From Marsupella aquatica (lineage: Eukaryota > Plantae > Marchantiophyta): DNA of 51,359 nt. Within the stretch, counting starts at the first letter, position 1. Every line of letters starts with the position of its first letter. The DNA is taken from contig OZ316895.1 of the NCBI GenBank assembly GCA_973895155.1, positions 23,596,722 through 23,648,080 on the forward strand, read 5' to 3'. Positions 11,359-23,833 of this stretch are shown here, piece by piece. The translations under genes were made by a program, and so were the position numbers. Below the pieces are notes generated by a model. It saw only the letters and a list, made by a program, of their open reading frames with translations. It made no database searches and was not told the DNA's origin.

Positions 11359-12548
11359 TCGTACGCCTGCCCCAGTGTGCCAGGGTATACCCGTGCTAGA
11401 AAATCCAAAGAGGGTCTTGTATATGATGAGGTTCTTTATTGAACACGAATAAAGTGCACCATTCTGGTATTGCTCTTTTTGGCTTATAAGCATGTTTGCC
11501 TTATTTTGTTTATATCTTTTTCTGTATATTTTCCTTGTAAGCATTATGAAAGATTGCATCCCACGGACATTGAACAACATGTCCTCATATTTGTATTATT
11601 TAAGTATATTGTGCAGTATGTCTTCATTGTGATGGTTGACTTATTATAATCTTCAACTCATTCCCAATCATCCACAAACCTTGCATAATTAACAGCACAA
11701 CCACAATGATAACATGGCCACAATGACACCTAAGATAGTTAGTACTCCACAACTTCCTTACCTCTTGCACCTCTTTGCTGCCTCAATGTCTGTCATGCAA
11801 GGCACAAGCATTGGGCTCTAAGATATGATGCCTTTGTTGGCAAATAACTTAAAATAGTTGGATCTTGGAACTGCCAGCTCTACCAATTGAAAAGAACTTT
11901 TTTAAATCATTTAAGAACTCTTAGGTACAATAACTTCAATCATTTGACTTTGTATGGCACAAGCCCTTCACAAAATTATAGTGGGTACCAAGGGGGATTC
12001 CAAAGAGGTGTGTGATATCTCTATTAGACAAGTTTTCAACATCATTTTGAGTGACCATTACAATACCTCCCATGATAAGGAAGGGTTTGTGAACCCGGTT
12101 TTAATTTTAGCAATAGGAAATATATTGAAGTATTTGTTCTTGTTTTGGGGGGAGGGAGGACAGAATTAAGTAACTGTCTTGGGTTTAAGAGGTTTAAGTG
12201 AGTGGTTATATAAGGAAAGCAGTCTTAAACAGGAATTCATGTACAAAAAATTGTTTTATTCAGAAGAAATTATTTGACACAATCACCCTCAGAGTGATTT
12301 ATGTCTGATCATCAAAACTTTGCTCAAAGTGCAAATCATTGAGCTCTACAGCTAGAAGTACTAATAACTCGTACAGAACAACCTCCATCTCTTGGAGGTT
12401 GCCATCATGTATACCTCACTATCAACATCTCTAACTTCCATGAACTTATCCAAATTGCATCTGGAAGAGCTCACAAATTCAACAGGTATGTGAATGAAAC
12501 CAGGGCATCTGTTCAAAATTTATAATTTACAAAGATGTGATTTGTTCT

Positions 12549-14778
12549 TCAAGTTGGCGGGGGCAAATGATGAAACAAACTCCCTTTGGGCAACAGGAGT
12601 ATCCCTAGCCCCAAAAGAAAGGTTTGGACGATAGACCGAAAGGCCATTCTCCAAGCCTTGACTTCGTACTTGTAAGGAAACCAGCTCTTCAAAACTAGCT
12701 GGCACTGAGGAATCAGCTGCTGACTACGTCTAGACGACTCCAATCCTACCAGGGGCAGTTCAGGAAGTGTTTGAATCCATGCATCAATCCGTTGTACCTT
12801 TTGATTCTGGACGAGGGTTTCTGCTGCCTCTGCAAGATTAAAGAGGTACCGCTCTAGACATCTATTTGTTTGGTCGGCAACCTTTGCATGTAAACGAAGT
12901 GCTTGGTGTTCCCCCTCTGTTTCACTGACTGGTGTTGATTCAGGGGATGGTGTAACATCTTCTTCGACGAATTTTAACTTCCCTTTCAAATTGCATGGGC
13001 TAGTACTTGCAGTTGACACAGAGGCTGCTGAATGATCCCCTCTCTTGGCAGTCCTAGGAAAACAATCTAAATCCTTACTCAAGGTCCTCAATTTCAATGC
13101 TTGGACAACGCACTTTTGAACAAGTTCCTGAGCTCGTTGTATTGATGAATCAAACTCCATGGGCCAATTTGGAGTCATCTGCAAATATTGATTAAACAAC
13201 AATTCTGCTCTTGTTGAGGGTAACGCCAATGATTGACTAGTGCTAGAGGGTTTATTTCTTTCAAATGTTGTTGTTGATTCAGGCTTCTCCCCTGGTTCTA
13301 ACACTACTCTATGTGCCTGCTGGTCTTTGGGGGACCGTCTACAAAGAAACAAAACATACTTATCATTAAGCTCTTGCATGGTGATAGTTTGGTAAAAGCA
13401 TTTTTTAGAAGGAGAATTCAAGTCCGGAGTAGTTTCTCGCACATTGGTCTCAACGTCGTTAGAAAGATTTTGTTGCCCAAAGGACTTTGTTGCCCTTGTA
13501 GGGTAGCATGAATTTGAACCTTCAGGTATGGGTGTACTGCAAGTTGTTGCATCACTTGCATTGATGCTCTCTCTAGCTTTCAGTGCTAGATGTTCTTCTC
13601 TTTCTTTCCTACCAATGGCTTGTAACGTTTGTGTCTCCAAGTTCCTTACAAAGAGTTCAATGTGTCTCGTCAAGTCCTTGAGTTGAACCCCTTGGTGCCC
13701 GCATGAAATGCTCAGAGTCTTGGTTCGTTGTTTGATAGCTTCAGCTCTAAGCTCCGCTACCTTTGCCCTACATTCTGCTGCTTTGAGCTTTTGCTCCAAC
13801 TGTCTGCATTGGTGCTCAGCTATATGCACCTTCTCGACTGAGCTTGCTCCTTTTGATTCTTCCAGACGTACCCTCTCTTGCAATCTCTGAATCTGTTTGT
13901 TCAGCTCCACTACATGATTTGCGTAGGAATTGATCTGCCTACTCAAATCTTTTGTTCTCCTACTGTTGTCGTCTAGTCTCAATTCCTCCACCAACACCCC
14001 CTTTGTCTTATCACTTTTGGAACAATGTGCTGTTTGGATGTTGCTCCCATTCTCGGTTGCTTCATATGGCTTTTGACTTGGCTCAATTATTCGCACAGTG
14101 CATTGGGGTTTCATTTCTTCTATATCTGAAAATGGGCAGGGAGATGATATTCACTTGCGTGGCTTATCCCGTGGCACCATCTACAGAATTATTATCAATC
14201 GATTTTCCAATTCTGTTTCTCAAATTTAGCTATCTGAGCAAAGACTTGGCATACAATGAATGAAACGGAGCAGTAATTTGCCTATTTCAAAGCAGCTTGG
14301 AGGGTGAGGCTCAACATTTTCAGTTCAGAACAATTTATTTAACCAAATTATGGAGCATCAATGCATGACAAAAACATTCAAACATACCAAGATATTTCCT
14401 TGTTTCGGAGCTATAGTTGAAGCCCGGTGAAAGAATAACCTCTGCCTCAATTTTGATTGGAACATTTACGATGCCGAAATGGTTGTCTTCTGTAAGTTTA
14501 TGGGCCCTGGCACTACATGGGATTGTTCTCAAGTGCTGGCCACCGACACCCAATTGCTCAGGGCACAAAAACATTTCTGCCTTCACTTTCACAGGACTCC
14601 TGACATAACATTCAGAGTCCAGTCTTCTAGGCAGAAAGATGGAGAATTGCCCTTTGCCCAAAACGGTTGGCGTGTTTGAGGTCATTCTCGAGCTGGTTCT
14701 ATACTTCTGGTCCTTGACGGTGAGGAGGCTTGGCCGAGGGGGAGAACAAGGATCACGAAGTGAAGTAAAACCTTTCAT
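12549..14778 (-). CDS. Coiled-coil, tail-anchored protein with C-terminal PPPT; candidate KASH protein. Exons 14778-14388 and 14125-12549, ~655 aa (787 aa if the ATG at 15174 is used)
   Basis: Donor CTTG|GTATGT (14387) and acceptor TTTTCAG|AT (14126) join the 279-aa and 521-aa ORFs in frame (..KYL-D-IEEMKPQ..). Heptad-rich segment LNKQIQRLQERVRLEE..LEQKLKAAECRAKVAE; C-terminus IVQTFLLGLGILLLP-KGSLFHHLPPPT-stop. Confidence 0.75.
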
Positions 14779-16085
14779 TGCAGAGACTTGCACAAAACGA
14801 AATACGAAGTAGAACTGACCACTTTTCGAACAGATGCCCCTCAAGTTAGCATGGGGAGACTTATGTGTTCCCAAGAGATGTGTCTCTTGAAATAACCTTC
14901 CCCAGACCTGTCGAATGATGACAATTGATATGTGGATGAGCAGCACTTCGGACACCAGATTTGTCCAAGGAGCATCTTCATCTCCACGGTTAGGTAACAA
15001 CCTATAAGAACTCCGTCTTACAAAGTATTTTGAAGCAACGGTAGACAATTTGACCCAGAAGACCTCAGTAACATCAAACCTAAGTCGATTCAAATGTCCT
15101 TGGCACAATTGATGCACAATTGGAATCTCGAATAGGGATAAATAAATATCACCCGCCAATTTCCAAAGTTTCATTGCATATAGGGTTCGGTCATGGTAGA
15201 TCTAAATACTCAAGAATAGGGCCTCTGCAATTGAATCTCACTCTTTTTCTTATTTTCGACTGATTTGTGGCTAGAGCTACTTCATTGTCCTATTGTAACT
15301 GAAACCATTCGTCTCTGCTGATGACATACTGAAGAGTCTGCACATTGACGACGTTATCTGGCAGAAAATCTGTCTTGGCAATGCGGAAACAGAGATAGAT
15401 GACAAATTGAATTCAAAATCTCTTGGATCTGTTAGAGATCTTGGGTATCTCATGCAAATCACAAGAAGGTGATCGTGAACCCACATGTATAGTGAGCAAT
15501 ACATGTAATTTAGCCATGCTCGGTAGTGTTCCGTCCTCTTGAGGTAAGTAACTCGATTGTAGTTCATGTTGCAATGTGAGGCTAGAGGGACCGTAATAAA
15601 AACTAAAGAAAATCTATCATCAGCATCAAAATGCTTTGTGGAGTTGAAAAATTTCTTTATAACTTATAAGGGAACAGATGGGGTACAACCCAAAGGTGGG
15701 AAGTCTCAAACTTGTGCATTGACAATAAAATGGGAAGGGAAGGTATTTGAGCTTGGAACTTTGGACGACAGGAAAAGTGAGTCCAAGGACGGGTTTGTAG
15801 AAGACGAAACAAATGATACTCCTGTGGGTCACACACGTTGAGTTTGTATTGATGTCCATTGGTTGACCAAAATGCAGGCTAGGATGAAAGTTTACAAAAA
15901 TAAATTGCACCTGCGTTTCAAGCATGACTCTAGCCCAATGGCATTCCCCCAAGTTTCTGGCTAGACAGGGCAGCTATGTTTCAATCTAATTTTCAAGACA
16001 TAATTTGTAATTCTGTCAACCTGGGAGCTGTGTATTCTTCAAACTTATGGACTTCTTCTCAGGGGTTTTTTTAGTTTCAATTTCT

Positions 16086-16163
16086 GGGTGGGTGGGTGGG
16101 TGGGTGGGTGGGTTGGGTGTGTCTGTGTAGGGGCGGGGAGGTGGGGTTGTGGTTGGGGGTGGG
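16086..16163 (+). repeat. (GGGT)7 microsatellite plus further G-runs; potential G-quadruplex
   Basis: Perfect GGGT x7 at 16086-16113, then GGG/GGGG/GGGGG runs up to 16163. Confidence 0.85.
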
Positions 16164-16942
16164 TTGCAATTTTCTTGATTTTGGATATGCAAATGTCAAC
16201 ATGAGACATGTCTTAGTTGGAAGATCTACATTTTCGTAACATTCCAGCCAGGCACGTTAGGTACCCAGCCCCAAGCTATCATATGGAACTTTGTGGCCTA
16301 AATTGTACATGCAATTATACATTAGGGAAAGAGATGTTGAAACTTGAAAGCAATCAAGACAAATATAATGAATGACAATGCACATGGTGTGATACCTGAG
16401 CCATTGGCCAACTAAAAATTAGTAGCAAAGATGGCATCCTTCAATCTAAAATGCAATGTGTTACTTAGGTTTCTGGTTCTCAGGGAATTGTTCTCCTTGT
16501 GGCTCACCCAATATGCTTGCGGTTTCTGTAGACAGTGTGAGGTGATTAAGTGTTAACCTGTATTAGCTTTGAAGGTAAAAAGATCCATGTGGAGGTTTCC
16601 TTCATGTCATCATATTAACTATTTTGTTATGTAGGTGGACCAAAAAAAAAGCTCAAAAAGAAAACTATAGTAGGGGTAATTTGTGAGTCAAGTGTTGTTT
16701 GTTTGAAATTGTAAAATGGAGACAATTGCACATTATTGAAGCATTTTTTTGCTTTTCTGATAGCATATACATATTTTTGCATAGCAAGACTGGGAACACC
16801 ACAGCTATAGGATTGATTTGAGGATTGACCAGCGGGCCAAGGGGTTTAGGCAAGTATTAAATTCTACTAGTAAGGCAACTTCCGACTTCAAGTATAAGCT
16901 GAACACAACGTTGAACTAGAGGACATCTCAAAGAAGGGGAAA

Positions 16943-17653
16943 ATGGCTTCACCTCGGGGAACTGGAAAGTATGATACAACACCTGGGTTAGATACATATG
17001 GAGAGGCATTAGTTAGAATGGGCAAGAAGCCAGGTTTAGATAAGCAAGATGAGAGAGTGCAAAAAATGGCTGTGGATATGGCAAGGACATTCCACAAAAT
17101 TAGATGTGATATGGATAGAACTCTCGCTCGAATGCGATCAGAGATGGATGCAACAATTGAAAGATGCTTAAAGGAAGCAGCCATGAGCCAGACTCACCGA
17201 GCTCTCCGAGCGGAGATGGAATTTGAGGTTGCAAGGTTGCATGCTGAAATGGGAAAAGACTTGGCAAGAACGGAAGGGGAGATGGATGGTGAGCTGCTCC
17301 GTGTGGAGAAGTGGAAGAATGAAGAACTTGAAAGAATGCGTCTAGAGATGAGAGTAGAATTGGACCAGTACAAGAAGCACAAATTCAAAGATCCAACTGA
17401 AGCTGAGCAACAATTCCAGGCAAAGAATGCTCTTGGGATTAGTCAGGCTCAGATGGCTTTGAAAAATGAAATTGATGAAGAGAGAGACAAGCTGAGAGCC
17501 ATCATGGACAAAAAGTTTGCAAGAATAGAAGAAGAGATGGAGAAAAAACTCTTGGCCATGCGGGCAGAGATGGACAGAGAACTCAAAAGAATGAGAGAGG
17601 AAATGGATAGGATTCTTGCAAGGAGCATGGCTGCCATAGCTAGAGCCTACTAA
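16943..17653 (+). CDS. 236-aa alpha-helical protein of 11-residue repeats (consensus ~EMDRELARMRA), function unknown
   Basis: ATG in AAAATGG context, in-frame stop upstream (16895), uninterrupted ORF with protein-level rather than DNA-level periodicity, and AATAAA hexamers downstream (~17731, ~17788). Confidence 0.8.
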   Translation: MASPRGTGKYDTTPGLDTYGEALVRMGKKPGLDKQDERVQKMAVDMARTFHKIRCDMDRTLARMRSEMDATIERCLKEAAMSQTHRALRAEMEFEVARLHAEMGKDLARTEGEMDGELLRVEKWKNEELERMRLEMRVELDQYKKHKFKDPTEAEQQFQAKNALGISQAQMALKNEIDEERDKLRAIMDKKFARIEEEMEKKLLAMRAEMDRELKRMREEMDRILARSMAAIARAY

Positions 17654-18850
17654 TGCCTTGCTGTAAAATTCAACCCTACATGCACATCTAAGGAAGGAAA
17701 TGAAGTACCATGTAAAATATGAATTAAATAATAAAGTTCAGCTTTTAACTACATTGCCTCTAAAGATGTTCTAATTTACAATACTGTAATAAAGTTTTGA
17801 TGAATAGGTGAGTCGATGTATTTACTTTTCACTGAGGATTTTTATTTTGCATTTTACAAAACCAACATGTACATATGGAATATACTATTGTTGAGGAAGA
17901 TTTGTGGAAACTATCCTCTAAATGAACAAAGGTAAGCTTATATCTTGTGATAGTCAGGTCAATCTGATGTGTTCACATTCTATATATGTGTGCCAGTTTG
18001 TATTCCTTGTCTCATCCACCAAACCTTTCCATAAGAGAACAAAAGATAGCCCAACTATCATCCATGTTACCCAGGTGCTCCATTGGTTGAACTTAGCAAC
18101 ATCTGTAAGTGACATGGTATGCACTACATATGTTGGTGCGTATTGCTTAACTTTTCACTTTGTATAGCTTGAGATTGTCCTAGCTTGAGATCATCCTGCA
18201 AGGCAGTCTATGATGGCAAAGTAATTCACCCTCCCTGGCGCTTAACTTTTCACTTGTGTGTATAGCTTAAGAGTTTGTGATAACAAAGCAATTCACCATT
18301 GCAAAAACACATTCACCCAACACATCCATCCAATGTGTGGTCTCACAGCCAGCCATGCACAAATGCAGGTGCCAGTGGGAAGTTTTTGCAGGCTCATTTG
18401 CAGCCAAGATAGGTGTGTTTTGGAAGATAAGGTGACTGCCACATGTGGACACACTCTGTCCCTATTCCGCCACCCTTTCATAAAAGAGTGAGAAGCTGGG
18501 AGTATTGTGTGGGCTAGGTGAGTAGGATCACTCCCTCTGAAACCCCCTAGGCCCCAAATATGCAATATGTCAAGGTGTACATAGTATTTTTAATGTTTGA
18601 GTTTTGACTTTAGAGCCAATGAGAATGCCCTGCACTGTCACTATAGAGGGGCAGGGGGTACCCTGGAGCTTAACAGGGAGTCTGTAAGGGAAAATCATAC
18701 AACCTGTTAGAGTATTCGTACACCCCTCAGGGAGTGTGAAGGAAAATTGTACTGCCTATTACAGTATTTGTACACCTTTGGGTTCCTGGAAAGCTGCAAT
18801 CTTATTGGCTTGAACATTTCTGACACACATCTGTACTACTCACTCCCAGC

Positions 18851-18911
18851 CCCATGGAACCCAGCCCTAAGACTTTACTCTCCCAGCTGAAAAAGGGCTA
18901 GGTTCAATGGG
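18851..18911. repeat. Short inverted repeat (16/18 match) within a cluster of small duplications (18670-19165)
   Basis: CCCATGGAACCCAGCCCT versus AGGGCTAGGTTCAATGGG; a third, direct copy at ~18948. Confidence 0.55.
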
Positions 18912-19311
18912 CCAGGGGTCATTTTTAACTGCACTTGATACTCATAGTCCCATGGAACCTTGCCCTAAGGACTCTAGCCCTAGTAGCTATAACTATATAT
19001 TTTGGGATACTTCTAGAGCATTCGGTTGCTTTCACAACTATTTTCAAAATTATGTTCTTGTCTATCTTGGATCCAGAGAAATCATTCCAAGTAAAAGGTA
19101 GGCACTACTAACAGGAAAACCAGGGAGGGAAGTTGTTCCAAGTATAAGCTTTCCAAACATATGCACAGGAAACCCAGGGAGGGCTATGAACCACCAGTAG
19201 CCCCACATAAGGGGCAAGTGTCGAAGGCTTCCACCCTCTTCCAGATTCCAATTAGTTCCTTCCTCCTCTGCAAGTATCCTTACTGTTCCACAAAGAAAAT
19301 TAATGTTGAAA

Positions 19312-19950
19312 TGTAACTCCCCTTACACCCCGGTTTGGCCTTGCCTAGCATATTGTGGGTCTGGCCCCCTCAAATCATCATCCCGGTCACCCGGTCTTCT
19401 GGAGGTGGGGTAGAGTCTGGGTGGCAGGTTTGGGCTGGGTTTGAAAGGTGTTCGGGCAGGTTAAGGATGGATACGAGCGAGGTTCCAAGGGGTCTGGGCC
19501 AAGTTCGGGTGGGCTGGGGCCGAGTCCGGATCAGGTTTGGATGAGGTTTGGGTGGCTGGGGTGGGGTCCAGGCGGAAAAGGCCGGGTCGGGGGCGGGAGG
19601 GCTGGGTTGAGTGAGTCCTGGCTTGCGGCGGCTACGGCGGGCAAAATAGGGTTCTGAATGGTTCTTTTAGGGTTTGGGCCGGGTGAAGCGTCGGTCAGGG
19701 TCGGGTCGGGGAGGAGCATAAAAGGAGGACCCCCCCCCCCCCCCCCCTCTCCATTCTCATTATCTTGTTTTTCAGGAAGGGGAGGAGGAGAGGAGGGAAG
19801 GAGAGGTAAGTTTTTTGTTTGTTTTTTGTTTTAGTGTTTTTTTTGTATGTTTTGTGTATGTTTGGTTGAATTTAAGTTTAAATTTTGTTTTGTTTTGTGT
19901 TTTATTTTAATAACCCTAGTGCCAAATGGAGGGGTATGAAGGAATTCTTG
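19312..19950 (+). mobile_element. Probable LTR fragment of an unrelated retrotransposon family
   Basis: Starts TGTAACTCCCC (typical plant LTR start), then a G-rich body, TAGGGTTT telo-box, TATA-like CATAAAA and a C/T tract. No partner LTR seen. Confidence 0.4.
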
Positions 19951-22026
19951 TACGCGTGCGCTTGGAGCCTTGGCTTGGTTTGCGATATTTCGTACCAGAA
20001 TTTCTTAATACCACCTTATTTAACATTTTAGTATCATTTGTGCATTGAGTGGAACACTTGCAAAGTTAGAGGTATCCATGTCGAGATCCATGTGCGCATG
20101 CTTGGAGCTTCGGCTCAGTCTGTGAAATTTTGCATGGATATCACAATTTGTCGAGAGTTTTTTCACTTGATCAACAAATGGTTGCTAAATTATAGATATC
20201 CTATCACATATGTCTAAGTAGGAATGTTAACAACTTTGAAAAAAAAACTTTTGTGCGCATGCTTGAAGCTTGGACTCGGCCTGCGATAATCCACAATTCC
20301 ACACAAGAGAAAATCGAGCTCATTTCAAGATGAAGTTGAGAAACTGGGAGGATTTTTGGAAAATATGACACTCAACTTGGAGAAGCATGTTTGGGACAAT
20401 TTGGCGGCCAACGTGAGCAAGGGTGACACTACATTGCTTGGAAATCCCGAGATATATACACACAAGAGAGATTTGTTAGTAAAATGGAGTAAAAAGTTGA
20501 TAATGGCAAAATCAGATAGAAATATAAAATATGTTAACCAGGTCATGCAATTTGAGGATATGAGCATCAAAGGTGATAAAAAAGGTACACGTCCATCACG
20601 TGTAGTTTTGGAGGTCAAGAGTATCCATTTCCTTAAGCCTGAGCAGGTGCAAAATACAGATCACGGCAACAAAGATATCCAAAAAGATGTGTATACTTTT
20701 CGTATATTAAATTGTCCTATCATTCCGGTGAAAGTGATCTTAGTCGCAAAAAGATTCAAGGATGAAGACATATAAGCATAAGAGACAAGCAAATGCATTA
20801 CAAAAAGTGTTTATGGAAGGATAAAATCATAAGTGAATTTTTGGAGCTTTTGCACTGACTTTGAGGATCCGCGAAAACTTGTTTACAATCACAACAAGAA
20901 GCCTTAAAGGATGGGTTAAAGGCCATAATTCTCTTTTTCACAATTTTATGATTTTCCAAAAATATCATAAAAAAATAACACAAAAAATCATCATGTATTT
21001 TAATTTTCCACACCTTGGATTTCACACCACAATTAACACAATTTTTCAGACACAAGGTTTTTCATAATTGATATTTCCATATTAATTCCTCAATATAACT
21101 CTCAACATTAGAGTTTGGGCTCAAAGATCACCAACAAATTAAATCTTACTAGAAAATATACTTTTTATGAACAAAGTCATTAACAGCATAAGAGATCAGA
21201 CTGAAGCCTTCGCCCATCACAAATCAACACTCAATTATTGCTCTTTGCAACCTATGTTTAATTCCTATTTGCCCATCATCCTCCATCCTTTATGGGTTAC
21301 ATGTTGTCGTGTGCCCACTGTAGCTAGTCACAACTTGCCCATGACCACTTGTGATTAAATGGAGTCTATCTGCTATCATCTACCATTATATGTTTATGAT
21401 CGCGCATGTATTCGCGCAACAAATTAAACATGTGGACAACACACCAGCTCCAAATGACATGTGAATATTTTATTATTATTATCTGACAATCTCCTACATG
21501 ATTTGCAGGCGCTCCATCATTCTAATTTGTATGATGTGATATGCACCAATTTCATCGATATATTTTAGTCATATCTTGCCCAAATATTCTTTACATTTCT
21601 TATTAGCTTGCGTAACATTTCAACTATCCAAAAAAAATCTCTTTTACAAGTCATTAACATGACATTAATCATATGATTCTTTTTGGACGTTATATCAAGT
21701 ATTGTCTATTTTGTATTTGTGAGTCAAATTAATGGATAAAAATAAGATTCATTTCACCTAAGACATACTTGAAACAATAAAGGAGACCAAACCTTTTGGA
21801 TATTCTTTTTCATCACATGGATGGAAAAAAATTTCATACTATATACAAGCTCCACACATGCACATACAAAAGTTTCTTTATATCATTTTATATTATATCT
21901 TACCTAATAAATCTAATAAAAACAACATACACAATAAAAATAAAATTTTTATACCAATTTTTTGTCACCTAATAAAAATAACATGCACAAAATAAAAACA
22001 AAAATTTATAATGAAACTGTAAAGAA

Positions 22027-23774
22027 CAATGGTGGATCTAGCCACCTAGCGCCCTCACCAATCCCAGCACCCACGCCTAAGTACCCATGATCCCCGAGCA
22101 TCTCCATGGAATACCTCAAGCAAGCAACCTGGTGTCTCTTGCACCGCCTGCGGCCCCTCCCATCCGAAGTCACGCTTGCTCTCCAACACGGTCGCTACTC
22201 AACGGTCTTCATTGTCTACACAAGCAACCAAGCGTCTCGGTAAGTAACCCATAAGGATCTAGATTTCCCAAGTGTAGCATCTTAACTCAAGTTCAACAGG
22301 CATTGGTAAGTAGGTCAGAGATAGGTCCTCCCAATGCCATAAGCCGGAACCAGAACCAACACCCATTGTTCGTCCAGAACAGCTCCTTCCTGGGCGCAGC
22401 CCGGGTTCCCCCTTGTACCTATCCATCACCAACTGACTACCCTGCCCCCAGGACATGCTCATGGCCCAATAGTGTAGCTTGTTCTAAAGCTTGAATGTAC
22501 CAAGCTTGTCCCATCACGTCAGGACCAGAATGGCCCCAACTCTAGCACCAACTCCCGGTTCTCGCCCGACTGATGATCTAGGGGCCAAGTGCCCTTGGAA
22601 CTCAACCTCCATGCCTACTTGGCCTTGCCTCCCCAACACAAGCTCTCTTGAGAGACTGAATGTGGCTTGACTACTGTTTCAACATGATTTGGCAAGCAAG
22701 CAAGATAGCCCCCGCAAACCCCAAGAACCTATGGCACCCATAGACCCAACTGAAAGAGCTCCTTGAGAGCTTTCCAACGCACTCAAGAAGTCCTCCAACG
22801 GACTTCCCGTTGGAAAGTTATCGTTGTTTTCGTTTGACATTTTCCCTTAGTATCACGGTCACCGCGGCTCAAGACTTCGGTTCGCTCTTAGCCTTCAAGG
22901 AGACACCACTCCCCTCATATATGCTTCTGGAGACTAATGACCGCCGGACCAACTTTGGTCCCCAAATTTTGGCCCCCCACCTGGACCCCAACCCGCATGT
23001 CTAGGAGCGCCACCAACTGGCAATGCCCATAACTTTCTAATTAGGAGTCCGCAAGCGAGTGTCTTAGCCCGTTGTGATCTGGTCGACCCAGTGCTCATGC
23101 CTAGGCCCTCAGATCTCATTGTTGCCCGAGACCCCCAATCGGCCAAACCGGAGTCAACTCCATTGGCCCTCGGTGGCCTCAATCCAAGGGGTGTCGCATA
23201 TCACGCGCGAAGTTTTGGGGAATAAACACCCGAAAACTTAAGTCAATAAATGTTTTTTAGGAATTGTTTTACTCATAACTTAATGGAATATTCCAAGAAT
23301 ATTCCCAATTTTGATTTTTAAAAACCATGTGATTCTTATAATTCTCAAAATTAGATTAAAATAACCCAATGTTCTTCAACAAAAATTTAAAAATATTTCA
23401 CTAAACCCAAGAAAAAAATTCGCGCGTGAAAGGTCGGAAGAAAAGAAGTGAGGACCCCGGGCATTGGCCTTGGGTTCAAGAGGAGCTCTCACTCAAGCCC
23501 TCAAAATTCAAAGTCCGTCTAGGGTCCGGACAATCGACCTTGAGTCTAGTCTTTTTTTCTTGACCCGATCAGCCTTTGACTAGTCTAAGTCCTTAGTGTG
23601 TACCACCAGCTTAGCGCCTTACCTTTGTCAGTGCCACGCCCCATTGTCCACAAGTTTCCCCATGCTAAGTTCTCCCCGGATGACCTTTCCGGACCTGGAC
23701 TATAGAGGAACTCAATGTCAACGTCAGCGACACTGAAACTAAGTGTTAAGGTAATTAAGTTCCACGACTAGAAC
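22027..23774 (-). mobile_element. Solo LTR related to the LTR of the gypsy element at 33669-43156, older and more diverged, interrupted by a MITE
   Basis: Colinear with 41648-43147 from (CAA)TGGTGGA..GCGCCCTCACCAATCC to CTAAGTGTTAAGGTA..GTTCC.CGACT.GAAC. No gag/pol adjacent and no clear TSD. Confidence 0.85.
23169..23461. mobile_element. 293-bp MITE with 8-bp TSD inserted in the solo LTR
   Basis: TSD CATTGGCC at 23161-23168 and 23462-23469; the site is single in the intact LTR (~42835). Imperfect TIR CTCGGTGGCCTCA/TGAGGACCCCGGG; subterminal IR TCACGCGCGAA (23201)/TTCGCGCGTGA (23419). Confidence 0.85.
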
Positions 23775-23833
23775 TAAATCCGATGGTTCAGGCAAGAGTT
23801 AAACCGGGCCTTACACCACATCTGCACCTATAA

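Noticed and set aside
15566-15841. 91-aa ORF as a separate gene or upstream coding exon of the 11-mer gene
   Set aside because: It lies just after a strong donor site (probably intronic), has no recognisable motif, and I found no frame-consistent splice to 16943.
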